A stretch of DNA of 64,000 bases from Diplonema japonicum (GCA_964019335.1 OZ025672.1:186001-250000), one strand, 5' to 3'; positions 10,007 through 22,097 are shown, counted from the first letter of the stretch. Translations and numbers: made by a program. The notes: a model not told the origin generated them from the letters alone.

Positions 10007-13000
10007 TCAAGCATTGACGAGAAGAGGTGCAGTGTGACTTCCGGAACTGGCAGCAGGCATCGTCCCACGTTGAGCTGTTGTTTCTTTCTTTCTTTTCACC
10101 CCTTCTTTCATACCTGGTATCCCTGGACGGACCGTCGGCGAGAGCAGTGGGGGATCAGACGAGAAAGCTTCATCTAATGCCGTTTTCACATTCGTACCTC
10201 TCAGTGCAGCTGTTGTTTTAATAGACCTGATCTTTTTGTAAATCTTCTCCCAGTACTTACGAGCCCTTGCGGACGCACTGGAAGGGTCTTCCACCACAAT
10301 GACATGCACCTCATCTTCACGAACCTCACCCTGCCCTGTTCCAAACCACTGTGACTTGTCCTCTTCAGTGGTTTCCTTTTGCCACGTGTGTGTCTGGAGG
10401 TAGGCCTCATGGCAGTCCACAGGCAGCAAGCATGGTGCATGCACCACCTCTAAATCAGTCATTTTCGCGTCTTTGCTCTGGTTTGTTGCGTCCCTCATCA
10501 TCCCCGACACCAGAACATGGTAGCAACCATGTGCCAGTTGTACCTTTTTGTCCTCAGGCCTGTGCAATTGAAGCTCAAAGAGCTTCCCTTTGTTCACGAA
10601 CTTCCTCACTTCCCGTGGCACCCATTTGCTGTACGGCTCCTTTCCTCTCAACAGTTTGTAAGCCAAGTCCACGCCTGCAGCCCGCCACAGCGCTTTCGAG
10701 AAGGCCTCGTTCCCCTTGTCGGCCATCAGTTTAAGAATGGAATCCGATTTGAATGTCAATGCCTGGAGGTCCGTCTCTGCGTACACATCACAGTACTTCG
10801 TGGTTCCTGTCAGGGCGGACAAAAGCCCTGCAGCGTACCCTGGGCCAACGTAGTCGAACCTCCTGTTGACGTGAACCCTTGCAGAGCCGGCTGTGATCAG
10901 GATGATGTTGCCGTGTTCGTCGCCCTTCTCGATCAACAGCTGCCCACGGTGGTAGGTCCTGAGCTTCCTCTTGCTCTTCAAGTGGTCCTTGACCTCTGTT
11001 GAGGCTTGTGTGTACCATTCCATCTGCGACAGGATGTAGTCGGGATTGCACATTTGCATCTTGGCTCCCACGTGGGTCAGCTTCTTCATCTTTCTCTCGA
11101 CAAGCGAAACGAGAACGTCAGCCTCCTTGTCTTCGATAAGCCCCTCCTTCTGCCAGTCCCAGATCTTCGTCCTCGCATGGTTCAGCACAGTGCGTGCTGC
11201 AAGCGTGGTCTTCATTGCGATCGACGTTTGCGATGCCTTCCCTGCGAAAACGACCAGCTGAGCAAGCACCTCACGTTTTACTTGCTTCGCGTGTGTCTTC
11301 AGCTTGTTGGCTTCACCTGTGTTGGCGGTGTTGTGATGCCCACAGTGTGCATACCTGGGTCAGCGATGTTGTCGATCTTCGCAAGAACCGCGTCGTGAGC
11401 AATGACAAGCGCCATCGCCACGTTGAACCCGTAGGTCCACTTCTCCTCTCTGTAGCTCACCTTCGCACCGATCTTGTACACCGTGTCCATGACCTCCTCG
11501 AACTTCCCGTACAGACCATTGTCGAAGTGCCAGAACTGCTCTAAGATGTTTGCGTTCAGCTGTAAGCGTGAGATGGCTTCCATTACATACCAGAATATCC
11601 TCATCGGGGTTTAGTCTCTCGAGAGACACTTCGCAGGCGCTCTGTGTGTTGCTTTGGTTGTGTCATGAGAGCATACCCCTGGGACGTATATCGTAGAGAT
11701 GATCTCTTGGTTCTCAAGAGTGCGGTTCGTTTCGTCGAGGATAAGCTTCTGCTGGTCGATAGGGATGTTCTCCTCGCTGTGGATCTTCGACTTCAGCTTC
11801 AGGACGTTCCCTGTGGGGTCCATCGAGATGATGACGTTCCTGCCCTTCGAGATGTAGTTCACGGTGACCTTCACTCGCTCGAATGTTTCCTTCGCGACCA
11901 TCGTGGTAGGTGAGGACACACCCATGGCCATTGGCATTGCGATGTAAGAGTCGGATGCTTGGAAAGGACCGGACTCTTGGTGGTCTTGTTCTTTTCTCTT
12001 GGCGAGCTTCTCTCTCTCGTTGATCTTCGCCAACAGGAACCGGACGGCATCGCCGTCCAAAAGACCTTCCTCGTTTTGGTCCCACACAGAAGAGTGCATG
12101 ATTTTGAAGTAGTGCATGATAGCCTCCGAGTGAGGGTCTCCTTCGCCTAAGAACTCGTCGTCGTTGTTATAAGGGTCCGCCATGTCTTCGAATACCCACT
12201 TCTTCGCCTCCAGCCAGTTGACGTCGTACAAGGCTGACTCTGTCTTGAGGTCCTCCAGCTGGTCAAGGCCTCCTTCGCGAAGACGTTTGAAGTTCTCCTT
12301 CATCATACGCTTTTTGATATCAGAGACCTGGTCGAGTTTGAACTTCTTCACCACCAATGCCGTGGACACACCGTTGACCAGCAGCGTCAGAACCACAATG
12401 CCGGCGACGAAGAACACAAGTTTTGTCTGGAGGATCGTCCTCGGGTCATCTGGGTTCCTCATCGACAGTCTGTTGTCGCCTGCAACAATGAGCGCCAGAG
12501 CTAGACCTACCGCACCGCGCAGTCCGCCCCATGCGACAAGTACCATCATCCCGGAGTTCAGCTTGTACTCGAAACGGTTGAATATAAGAGAGAGAAGCAT
12601 CACGACAAACACCCTGATGATGTTGATGGCAAGGTACGTTACAATCAGGTACGCGAAGTCTTCGAACTTAACGTGGGCGAAGGCCTTGCCAGCGATGATC
12701 ATGCCCGCCATTGTGAAGATCAGCGTGTTGCCCAGATACACCGACATCTCCCAGAACTCATGCAGTGTGTGGTGCACCTCAGGGGAGATGCACTGCTTTC
12801 TGTGAGACATGTAAATACCACACACCACGAGTGCCAGCACACCTGACACGTGGAAGTACGCCTCTGCGACGAAGAATGTAACGTAAGCAGTCACAAGCGA
12901 GGTGGTGATCTCGATGAGGGGGTCGTTGAAAACCTTCGAGAGGCAGGCCACTGAGATCATGCCCATTACGTACCCAAGGACGGCACCTCCTAGGGCCACC

Positions 13001-14787
13001 TTGAACAGCTCTTTGATAAGTTCCCCGACACTGTCCTCGATGTGGCCAGAGCAGCCTGCAACCGCTGCTTGCAGCACGGTGAAGAAGACAATGGCAGTTC
13101 CGTCGTTCAGAAGGGACTCACCTTCGATCAATGTTGATATCTGTGCCGAGGCACCAAGCTCCTTCAGTAGCGCCACCACTGCCACAGGGTCCGTCGCACT
13201 TAGTGTGACACCAAACAGCAGCGACGCCTCCCACGACCAGTCGTAGGCACCGAAGACGAACTTCGCCACCAACGCTGTCAAGAAGGATGCAATGCAGATA
13301 CCTGGCCCCGCCAAGAGGACGCAATGCGCAAGCACTGTCTTGAACACAAACCAATCGACAGCGTAGGCGGACTCGAAGATCAAGACAGGCAGGAAAATGT
13401 AGAACAGCAAGTGCGGGTCGATGTCAGCAAGCCCCACAAACTTCTTCAAAGTCGAAAAAGCCTCGATCTGCGAAATGCCGTCGAAAGCAGCACCCGCCAT
13501 GAAAAGCATGACAGTGTAGGGGATACGGCTGTCTGAGAAGTTGTGCCTGAAGAAAGCACCTAAAGCACCGATAACAAAGATGACGAGGATGTTGTACGGT
13601 GGCGGGTGCTCGCTGTGGTCCGCGCTATGAGAGGTGGTCTTGGCACCGCACTTCTTGGTGTGCGTGTCGTAGTGGCATGTTGTCTTCGCCTCGCATTCCT
13701 CTTCGTTGTACTTAGCGCATTCAGCTGACGCGCAGGTGCTCTTTGTTTCTTCCCATTTGCACGTTGCAAGGTTCTCACATGCGGTCATGCCCTGGCCTGA
13801 GCACTCGGAGATGTACTCATCGTGTTTTTCATGGCAGCCAGACTCCTTCCAGTCGCACCCAAACTGCCCGTTCAGCAAACAGTCGGAGATGAGAAGAACT
13901 GTGCAGTCCTGATCACCGGACGACTCGCATTTATCGATGTTCCACTTGCAGCCTTCGACGCAGAGGGATTCAGAGGCAATCTTGTCACAAGCGGGGTTCG
14001 TGCAGAGGCTCTTGTCCTGCCAATGGCAATCGGTGGGGAAAAGCTCGCATGACTCCTTCTCGTCGTGGTTCGTGCAGTTCAGCTTGCCCAGCGAGCACGT
14101 GCCGTAGCTCCAAGCGCATGTCGTGACGACGGTGCAGTCGGCCTCCGTGTGAATGGGAGAGCAGGAGACGGCGTCGCATTCTGCGCTTGTTGTGTTAAAT
14201 TCGCATTCGTGGAGAGCGCCGCACTCTGTCACAGTCTTCCCTTTGCAATCCGGTTTTGTCGCATGACTGTTTTCAATGCATTTCTCGTTGGTAGTCCAGT
14301 GGCACTCACCGGAAGTGGAGTGGCATGATGTTTTGTTCTGGGCGCCGCAGTCGGTGCAGACACCCTCATGCCACACGCAGCCCTTGCTGCGGATTGTAAG
14401 GCAGTTTTTTTCAGTGGTTTGCTTCTCGCATCCTGGAGGGGGTGGTTTTGTAATGCACTTTGCGTCCTCTTCTTCCCATAGACACGCTTCGAACTTCTTA
14501 CATTCGTCCTTTTCGGTTTTCTCCTTGCACCCGACGCTGGAGCACGTCTTCTTCACAATGTCCCATGAGCAGTCATGGACGCAGTTGACGGCCGAGAGGG
14601 AGGCGCAGTAATCCACTATGGTTTTCTTGGTTGGTTCCCAGGTTCCAGTTTCTTTGCAATACGCCGGCCAACCGTTTGCCGGTTCGGGAAGCAGCCCTCC
14701 GGAAGTTGCCGGGGTAGTCGAACCACCACCACCACTCCCATCAACCCCTGACAGGTAGATCACCAGCAACGGGATCAACCCCAACAT
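10007..14787 (-). CDS. SOS1/SLC9C-type Na+/H+ exchanger (CPA1) with signal peptide, Cys-rich ectodomain, ubiquitin-like domain and cyclic-nucleotide-binding domain (~1558 aa)
   Basis: Exons 14787-11677, 11641-11591, 11559-11355 and 11316-10007. Introns of 35, 31 and 38 nt (GTATG...ACAG) join ORFs 11611-14787, 11299-11604 and 10007-11269 in frame. CPA1 motifs FLPVLIFESA, SATDPVAVV, GESLLNDG and WGGLRGAVGLALAL. CNBD-like YHRGQLLIEKGD..IILITAGSARV..GPG. Confidence 0.9.
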
Positions 14788-15345
14788 TATGTTTCCCCAG
14801 ACCTGAGTTTTTCTTTTTTTTTTTTATATAAAATACGTTGTGGGGGGGAGGTATATGGTACGGGTCGGTTTTTTCTTCTTTCTTTTCTTCTTTCTTTTTT
14901 TTAATAAAAATGTTGTCACTTTTTTTTTTTTTTTTTTTTTTCTCTCTTCATTTCTTCTTTCCCTCCGCGTTATTTGGGGGGGAAAAGAAAGGAAAGAAAA
15001 AGAAGGACAAACAATAATACAAAAAAAAAAAAAAAATAAAACAAAAAAAAAAAAAAACAACAAAACTATATCAAATAAAAAAAAGAATAAAGAACAAAAA
15101 AATGTTCTTTTTCTTTTTCTTCTGACTGGAAAAAGAGAAAAAAAAGGGATTGAAATACACACGCCTCATGGGGTTACAACAAATTAATAAAACAGAAAAA
15201 AAAAAAAGAAGAGAAATTGAACTATGTTAAGAGAAGGTTAGGTGCCTCCTCCCCCCGACCACCATCACAAAAAAAAAAAATGAATGAAAACTGATTATCG
15301 ATAAAAGAAAATCTAAAATAAATAAAAAAAAATTTTTTTTCTCCT

Positions 15346-15448
15346 TCATTTATCCAGTTTAACCTCGACAGAAAGGTTCTTCCTGCAATCAGCAGAAACA
15401 TACGTTCCGAGAGTAGCGGAAAGGACGAGAAAACACGCACCGATTATG

Positions 15449-15482
<34 letters not shown>

Positions 15483-16819
15483 CTTTTTTTATAACATATA
15501 CCTGGCACCCATCTCACCAAAAACATGATGGACGGGAATGACCAAAAGTGGCTGAACAGATAGCGACAGCGAAAGCGTGACGGGGTGGATGTAAGACAAA
15601 ACATTGAACAAAATCCCCTCGGCCAGGAAGAAAGAGAACACGGCCGCAACACACCTGCCCCTCGCAAAACCACCCAAACCACTAAAAAGGTTAGAAAACG
15701 ACACTTGGCTAGCTAACAACACCGCCAACACCATCACCGTCGCTGTTGCATGGGCAATGGCAAGCAACATAATTAACGACACGTAATTACGGATTTTAGA
15801 CAAAAGGTAAAGCATCGCGGCTAAGCTCACCGCCGACCCGATGCTGGCTCCGACTTGAGTCAGAAAATCTAGACATTCCACATGGTTCCCTTCGGGCCCT
15901 ACTATAGAAAGGCATGTCATGACCACAATACCTACCAACCCTACCCCAACTGCTATGTTCTCGTCCATGTGCTGTGCTTCAGTACAAATTCTTGAAAATC
16001 CCAACACTGCAGAGGCGGTGTAACACCACACCCTGCCCACAATGACATTGTCCTGCCCATTTGAGTACGAGTGGGATTCGTGTCGAAGCAGCACGGCTGA
16101 TCCCAACGCCGCGGAGAGCAACGCTATCAAAACCCTGCCTTTCGTCATTTTCAAGAATCTTCGCTCAAGCCGGCTGTGCATCGACACGCACGGTATGAAA
16201 AAAAAGTACAAAACCGACACCCCGAAAAAAAGCCAGAAGCATGCGACCAACGGTGCCTGATCAGATGACAAGCCGCTGTTCTTCACAAGGGAATCCAGTT
16301 GAATAGTGGTCAACGCGAAAAACACATTCATTAAAACAAGTAAAAGCCACCCGAAGGAAGGGCGGCTGTACGTCACATCCATGAAAAGAATGGACGCAGC
16401 ATGCTGTGTAGTCTCATACACATAGACGGATTGAATGGGGCTGGGCTCGAAGTGTACCCTTTTTTTGGGGACAAGAGGTGTTGTTGCTGATGATGTTTCA
16501 CAGCATGCCTCTTCGTCTTGTACACAGGGGAAGTATCTGTCCCTGATGATGGTCAGTGAGTTGGTGTCGGGGAGGTATTCCACCGATACTGAGTTTCCTT
16601 GGGCTGCTTCCTCCAATGATGCTGGGGAAGAGCTCCCTATTCCTTCCACGAGGTGCTCCACGGTGATGTTTAATTTTTCAGAGACTTCTTGTAAGTTCAA
16701 CTTCCACCCACCGTCCACTTTCTCCGGGCTTAACGACAAGCCTGCTTTTCTGTCGTCCCAGCTGCTGGGCGTGGCGAACCACACACCTGCTTCGCGTACT
16801 GGTGAGCTATTTGTGTTCA

Positions 16820-16820
<1 letters not shown>
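15346..16820 (-). CDS. Polytopic membrane protein, probable EamA/DMT (SLC35-like) transporter (~474 aa)
   Basis: ATG after a poly(A) run (MNTNSSPV). Soluble N-terminus containing KKRVHF, then about 10 hydrophobic segments. Predicted intron 15452-15501 (GTATA...AAG) adds a last TM, SYIIGACFLVLSATLG...VKLDK*. Confidence 0.65.
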
Positions 16821-16850
<30 letters not shown>

Positions 16851-16954
16851 CGCATTTGTGAAAACAAAAACAAAGAAAAAAAAAACCCCTGTTTTTTTTA
16901 ATGTTTTTTTTGAAAAAAATGAGTGGGGGGGGGGGGGGAAGGAATATGTAAAGA

Positions 16955-16991
<37 letters not shown>

Positions 16992-17079
16992 GAATATGAA
17001 ATAATAATAGGGGAAAGAAAACCGGAAGGAAAAGCTGCGGGAAAAAAAAAAAAAAAAAAAAGATGTCTTTGAAGGGAAA

Positions 17080-17350
17080 ACACATCTGATGTACTTCTTA
17101 TATTTCCGTGTTATCCCCACCACCTTAAAAAACAGGGAGCAAAAAAAAGTCAAAAACGATGTCACATGCAAACTCTGCGCGAGAGCCGCAGGCCCTAGAA
17201 GAAAGGAAGGGGGTATGGTCAGTACTGAGCATCTCTCAGTTCGGACATATCTCGCAACTCCTCCAGGTGCTGTCCTCATCAGGCGAGAGGCACCCTTCAA
17301 TGGCTCCTACTAGCGTCCCAGCAGGTTGGAGAGTACTGTTCCCGACCACA
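17080..17350 (+). repeat. Repeat family R1 fragment (distal part)
   Basis: ACACATCTGATGTACTTCTTATATTTCCGTGTTATCCCCACCACC and GATGTCACATGCAAACTC...GGACATATCTC are shared with the 3697 copy. Confidence 0.85.
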
Positions 17351-17731
17351 AAAAAGAAAGGATGGTGCGGGGGAAAGGGGGGGGGGGGGGGGGGGTGCAA
17401 GTAACGCCCCGCACAAAAAAAACATCCGCGTTAAAGTACACAAAAAAAAGGGAAGAGAAACAAAAAAAAAAACACATCCACGCGTTTTTCTTTTCTTTTT
17501 TCCCTCCTAATAAATATGACCATTGCGAACAGTTTCAAAAAAAAAAAAAAAAAAAAGCCACACAAAAAAAAAAACACACGCGCACACATTTATTTCCTTC
17601 ACCCTTTTTTTTTTTTCATTTCCCCACTTCATTCCCCCCCCCCCCCCCCCCCCCCCACGGATCTTAAAAAAATTAATCAACAAAAAAAAAAAACGTTATA
17701 AAAAAATAATAATCTGTGTGAAAAAAAAAAA

Positions 17732-19234
17732 TCAGTATTTATGCCCGGAGTACCATGAAAAAATCCTTTCGTGGTCCAAGGAAGTCTCGAAGATTTCTTT
17801 AAAGGAAGCGGACGGCAGCAGCAAGGGAGCCACGGCCAGCGTGAGGTGCGCGATCAGGTGAAAGGCTAGCCCGTTAGCATGGCCGTGGGCCACAGTGACG
17901 GAAGACGTGTTCATCGCGATCAGGTTTTTCAAGAGGAAGTCCAACCCGAACCACACGGAGGACGGTCTGAAGATAAAATACAGCGGCGTAACATGGTGCA
18001 AAGTATGCACGGCAAAATCAACTAACGGGTGGCCGAAAAAAAACGGGAGGAGCAGAAGCGTAGCTGCTGCCTTTTGACCTTCATCAGTCACCTGCTCTAA
18101 CGACGCGGTGGAAGCTCCAAATGTTGCAAGCGAAGCCATTCTCTTTGCCACATTCCAGTGGCTTGTGTAGAACCAGTTTTTGAAACAGAAATCGATGGTC
18201 AACGGGACCAACCATTTTAGCTTGGATAAAACCGAATTTTTTCCGCTTTTTCTGAACACGGAGGCGATCCACACCAACTGCAACATGACCAGAATGTTTG
18301 TTAGCATTTTTCGAATTCCGAGGTAGTTGCTGTTCACTGCAACGTAAGACGCTACTCCACGGTTCGTCAGCATTCTAAAGGACGTTGTTGCCGACAGCAG
18401 GAGAGACAGAATGTTTGCTACAGAAGCTGTGGAGAGCAACGGACCGCCGGTATGAAGAGTTTTCCAATGCGTAGGACGAGATATCGACGATAGAACGAAC
18501 AGTACCGCGAGAAACGTTTTATGTTTCAAACAAATATCAAACAACGGCACAGAACCCCCTGGTCCCGAGTCCGACTTGAACGAGAAATTGCTGTACGCAG
18601 ACGATATCACCTTTCCTATCCCATAACGGAGCAATAGAGATGCGCCCCGTGTGAGAAATATCCCACCGAAAAGTAAAAACCTATTTGTCTCGATATCTCG
18701 AACAGCGATTTTGTAAAATTCATCGTGGGTGCGGGAGAACGTTTTGTTGGGTCCTTTTACCGAGCTGAAGACTGCTTTTCTACAAAGTACGAGTTGTTGA
18801 GACAGGCTGGCCGACGTGTTCCCCTTCCCGCCCTTTAATTTTATAAAATCCCTCATTACCTTTCTCGACCGCTCGACTCGTTTTTTGTACGCTTCCTTGT
18901 ATTCTCCATGCGGGATCATGTTTTGTTTTGTGTCGTTGTCCTTAATTGAAAGGTACAGGCCTTGCCATACAAAATCGTCATCAGAGCACTGTGCGATTCT
19001 TCTGGAGACGGGGGCTAGGCGTAGAACTTCTCCAGCCGTGAGGTAGCTCATGATACCCTTAATTACGTCATTGCCAACATCGATGAAGGTGACGCGGGGT
19101 TGTACGACGAGCCTCCCGCAGGGCTGCACTATGATTCTTCGCTGTCGATCCTTCTCGTTCTTTTTCCGTCGTTTGTTCGACACCACTAAGAGCATCACCC
19201 CTGTTACACATATTATCACGGCTTCTTTTCGCAT
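17732..19234 (-). CDS. Membrane protein with an F-box-like motif (500 aa)
   Basis: N-terminal hydrophobic anchor plus basic cluster. FIDVGNDVIKGIMSYLTAGEVLRLAPVSRRIAQCSDDDFVWQGLY fits the F-box consensus. Several hydrophobic segments follow. Confidence 0.7.
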   Translation of the reverse strand: MRKEAVIICVTGVMLLVVSNKRRKKNEKDRQRRIIVQPCGRLVVQPRVTFIDVGNDVIKGIMSYLTAGEVLRLAPVSRRIAQCSDDDFVWQGLYLSIKDNDTKQNMIPHGEYKEAYKKRVERSRKVMRDFIKLKGGKGNTSASLSQQLVLCRKAVFSSVKGPNKTFSRTHDEFYKIAVRDIETNRFLLFGGIFLTRGASLLLRYGIGKVISSAYSNFSFKSDSGPGGSVPLFDICLKHKTFLAVLFVLSSISRPTHWKTLHTGGPLLSTASVANILSLLLSATTSFRMLTNRGVASYVAVNSNYLGIRKMLTNILVMLQLVWIASVFRKSGKNSVLSKLKWLVPLTIDFCFKNWFYTSHWNVAKRMASLATFGASTASLEQVTDEGQKAAATLLLLPFFFGHPLVDFAVHTLHHVTPLYFIFRPSSVWFGLDFLLKNLIAMNTSSVTVAHGHANGLAFHLIAHLTLAVAPLLLPSASFKEIFETSLDHERIFSWYSGHKY

Positions 19235-19831
19235 TTTTTTTTGTTTTTTTTTATATTTATTTACCCCTTCCCCTCCACCTTTTTTTTTTTTTTTTTCTTT
19301 TCCTGATCCAAAGGGTGTTTTTTAAAAAAAAAAAAAGAAAATTTAAAAAAAAATTAGAAAAAGAGGTGTGGGAAGGGGGGGGGGGGACAAAAGTTTTTTA
19401 TGTCTATTCAAACCGTATTTTCTTATCTTTTTTTAAGGAAAAAAAAAGGGGGAATAAAAAAAAATCAAGAAAGAACAGAAATTCTTGGGGTTTTTTTTTC
19501 TTTTTTTTTTTTTTTAGAGAGAAACTAAAAAATATGGCAATAAAAAAAATATAAAAAAAAAGAAGAGAAAAATAGATTTTCCCACACCCCCCCCCTTTTT
19601 TTTGATTCTCATTTTTCTCTTTCTCGTAATCGCAAAAAGAATTCAAAAACAACTACTTTTCTTTTTCTTTTTTTTTTTCCCCCTTTCTTTCTTTCAGACA
19701 ATAGAAAGTGTTTAAAAAAAAAAAACGGGAAAAAAAAAAATTAAAAGTTTTGATTCCCCCCAAAAAATCTACGTTTTAAATAATAAAAAAAAAAAAAAAA
19801 AAAACACTTAACGCATTCCGTCTCTCAGCGC

Positions 19832-21250
19832 TCACCAAATATTCAAATCCACATGCACCTTACGGTACTCTTTCAGCTCGTTACGGACAATGTCGCGAAG
19901 TCGGGAAGTCTCAACGGCGAACGCCATCAAAAACTCAGCGTTGTTTTTCATAAGCCAATCCTCGGTTTTCGTCTCGGTGGTCAACGATTCAATCTCATTG
20001 TGAAGCGTGGTGGCCGCCACCGAAGGTATCTTGTGCAAATCCCTCCAACGCTTTGTGATGGCTTCAGCGTTAAAATGCAGCTCCGCCTTGAACCTAACAG
20101 TGTCGGTACCCAACACCTGTGTTTTTACATCGTATACTTCAACAACAACCTCATCAAGCTGCAGCTTGTCGATAACCGTTGTAACCCGTTCAACCGGCAA
20201 TGTGGCGCCTAGAAGTGATCGACCCGATACTGCCAAGAGTTTGATGGCGACACCTGACACAATACCGCCCATGAGTGTCGCACAGCCGACTTCGATAACA
20301 GGACTGCCCGTTAGAAGGGTGCATGTCACACCGCACATTCCAACTAGCACACCGTACACCCCTGCCTTCGCTTCTAAATGTGTTGCGGAAGACATGATAT
20401 CTTGCGATTTCTTCGCTTTTTGCCTTTCAGCCATTTCCTGGGCAGCTGTTCGCATCGCCAGCCATTCCATCCCAAACGACAGCATTAAAATCCCCATTGA
20501 CAATGCCGCCATGGTCGGGTCAACAGGAGGATGACTAACATGCTCGAAAAACTGCGATAATTCATATAACCCCACAGCTACCGGAACAACACCCCCGACT
20601 ATCAACAAGCCGACAAACGACCTGTCAGCACATATATGACGCAAAGGAGCGTATCCATATGGATGATCACGATCTCCTTCTCTCATGGAATGCGAGATGC
20701 TGTAGTACCTGTATAGGTAGTTTGAAACGTCAGCCAAGGAATGCATTGAGTCTGCGAAGAGTGCGAAGGAGCCTGTCACCTTCGACACGATTAGCTTTCC
20801 GCCAAATATTACCAAGTTGGAACGAAGGCCTTGTAGAATGGACTTCTTTCCTTCCGGAGTTTCCGACGAGGGGTTGTTGTACCATCTGTCGATACCGCTC
20901 ATTCCATAGATTTTCCGTTTTGCATCGTCGCTTCGGCCCTTTCGGTGGGCTTGGTAGATGTCTACTAGTTCTTCTTCGGTTTTGTTTGTTTTTGCGAGCC
21001 TCACCACGTCTTTCAGCCAGTACAGCTCGTAGTAGTTGTCGTTGGCCGCGTTGCCGTAAGGGTTTGGTATTTCTATAGGCGGGATGGTCTCGAGCTGCTG
21101 CTCCGATAACATGTATATCTGCTTCGCCTTCCGCCTGCTCACCGTGATGTGATCCGGTTTGCGCAGCTGCTCCCTGAAAACCTCGACGCATTCCCGTGAC
21201 TGCCGTGCTACACACCACCGGGTCCCTCTGGCGACCCTCACCCGCCACAT
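19832..21250 (-). CDS. Cation diffusion facilitator, ZnT9/SLC30A9-like, probably mitochondrial (472 aa)
   Basis: Arg-rich presequence MWRVRVARGTRW. N-terminal AKQIYML...IPNPY...LYWLKDV module as in SLC30A9. CDF motifs GSFALFADSMHSLAD and HPYGY. C-terminal YDVKT..LG...VRFKAELHFN. Confidence 0.85.
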   Translation of the reverse strand: MWRVRVARGTRWCVARQSRECVEVFREQLRKPDHITVSRRKAKQIYMLSEQQLETIPPIEIPNPYGNAANDNYYELYWLKDVVRLAKTNKTEEELVDIYQAHRKGRSDDAKRKIYGMSGIDRWYNNPSSETPEGKKSILQGLRSNLVIFGGKLIVSKVTGSFALFADSMHSLADVSNYLYRYYSISHSMREGDRDHPYGYAPLRHICADRSFVGLLIVGGVVPVAVGLYELSQFFEHVSHPPVDPTMAALSMGILMLSFGMEWLAMRTAAQEMAERQKAKKSQDIMSSATHLEAKAGVYGVLVGMCGVTCTLLTGSPVIEVGCATLMGGIVSGVAIKLLAVSGRSLLGATLPVERVTTVIDKLQLDEVVVEVYDVKTQVLGTDTVRFKAELHFNAEAITKRWRDLHKIPSVAATTLHNEIESLTTETKTEDWLMKNNAEFLMAFAVETSRLRDIVRNELKEYRKVHVDLNIW

Positions 21251-21591
21251 TTTCTCCCCACCTTTGGGAAAAAAAATTTCCCCCCCCCCCCGGCGATACA
21301 AAAAAATAAAAGGAGGGAAAAAAAAAAAAAAATACAAGGTGGGGAAAAATAAAAGGGGAGGGAAAAGAATTGCGTGGAAATGCAGGAGGTTTCAAGGGGT
21401 TACTGGGGGTGAACACAAAATTGGGGAGAAAATTGGAAAAGGGGGGCAAAAAAAAAAATTGGAGGGGGGGGGGAACACACTTAATATACTAAAAAAAAAA
21501 AAAAAAAAAAAACTGGATACCTCCGTTTATTTTCTCTTTCTTTTTCTTTTTTTTTCTTCTTCTTTTTTTTTGACACCAACCCATATTGTTA

Positions 21592-22097
21592 TCACCGGTG
21601 CCGTTGGGGCGATACCGATCTGGGCTGAACACCCTCGTTCTCGGGAAGCCGGAAAAGTGTGACAGTAGTAGTGGATGGATCGGCAGGAAGCGCGGCCTGA
21701 CTCTCACTGTTAGCTAGAATAGACGAATCTACAGTAAGCATAAAATCTGGTTTATCAGACGGAACTTTTTGTACTACTAGATTACTCCCATTTCGTTGTA
21801 ACCGTTTACAGAGTCCTCTTGCGGTGGGGAGGTGCAATTTGAAAAGGTCGAGAGTGCTGGCCACCTCCCGTTTGGCACGCTCTTTCTCTACCTTGAGTAA
21901 TTTGAGCTGCTTCGTCGCCTTATCCCAGGAATTTCCATAACGCCGGCTTAGGTCCTTCAGGTAAGCCATATCCTTATTAATTTCTTGTAGCTGTTTTTTT
22001 TTTTTTTTTTTTTTTTTTAACTCCCCCGTTTTCAAACCTCATTTTGCAACACCAAGAAATGAGAATCCAGCGTCGCTATCGTGCTCATGAGCTCCAT
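21592..22097 (-). CDS. Hypothetical coiled-coil protein (~152 aa)
   Basis: Poly(A)-ATG at 22097. Exon 1 MELMSTIATLDSHFLVLQNE joins LQEINKDMAYLKDL... in phase 0 through predicted intron 21991-22037 (GTTTG...CAG). Confidence 0.6.

Noticed and set aside
11299-11629. Frameshifts or pseudogenisation of the Na+/H+ exchanger, or stop-codon reassignment
   Set aside because: Three canonical GTATG...ACAG introns restore one continuous frame. TAA, TAG and TGA all serve as normal stops elsewhere in the window.
14803-14836. Possible 34-nt GTATT...CAG intron just upstream of the exchanger ATG
   Set aside because: It is in the presumed 5'UTR, so no reading-frame test is possible. The AG could equally be a trans-splice acceptor. 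Not counted among the 17 introns.
16821-17300. N-terminal 160 aa of the 603-aa ORF
   Set aside because: It is made of an R1 fragment and homopolymers. The real start is more likely the poly(A)-ATG at 16820.
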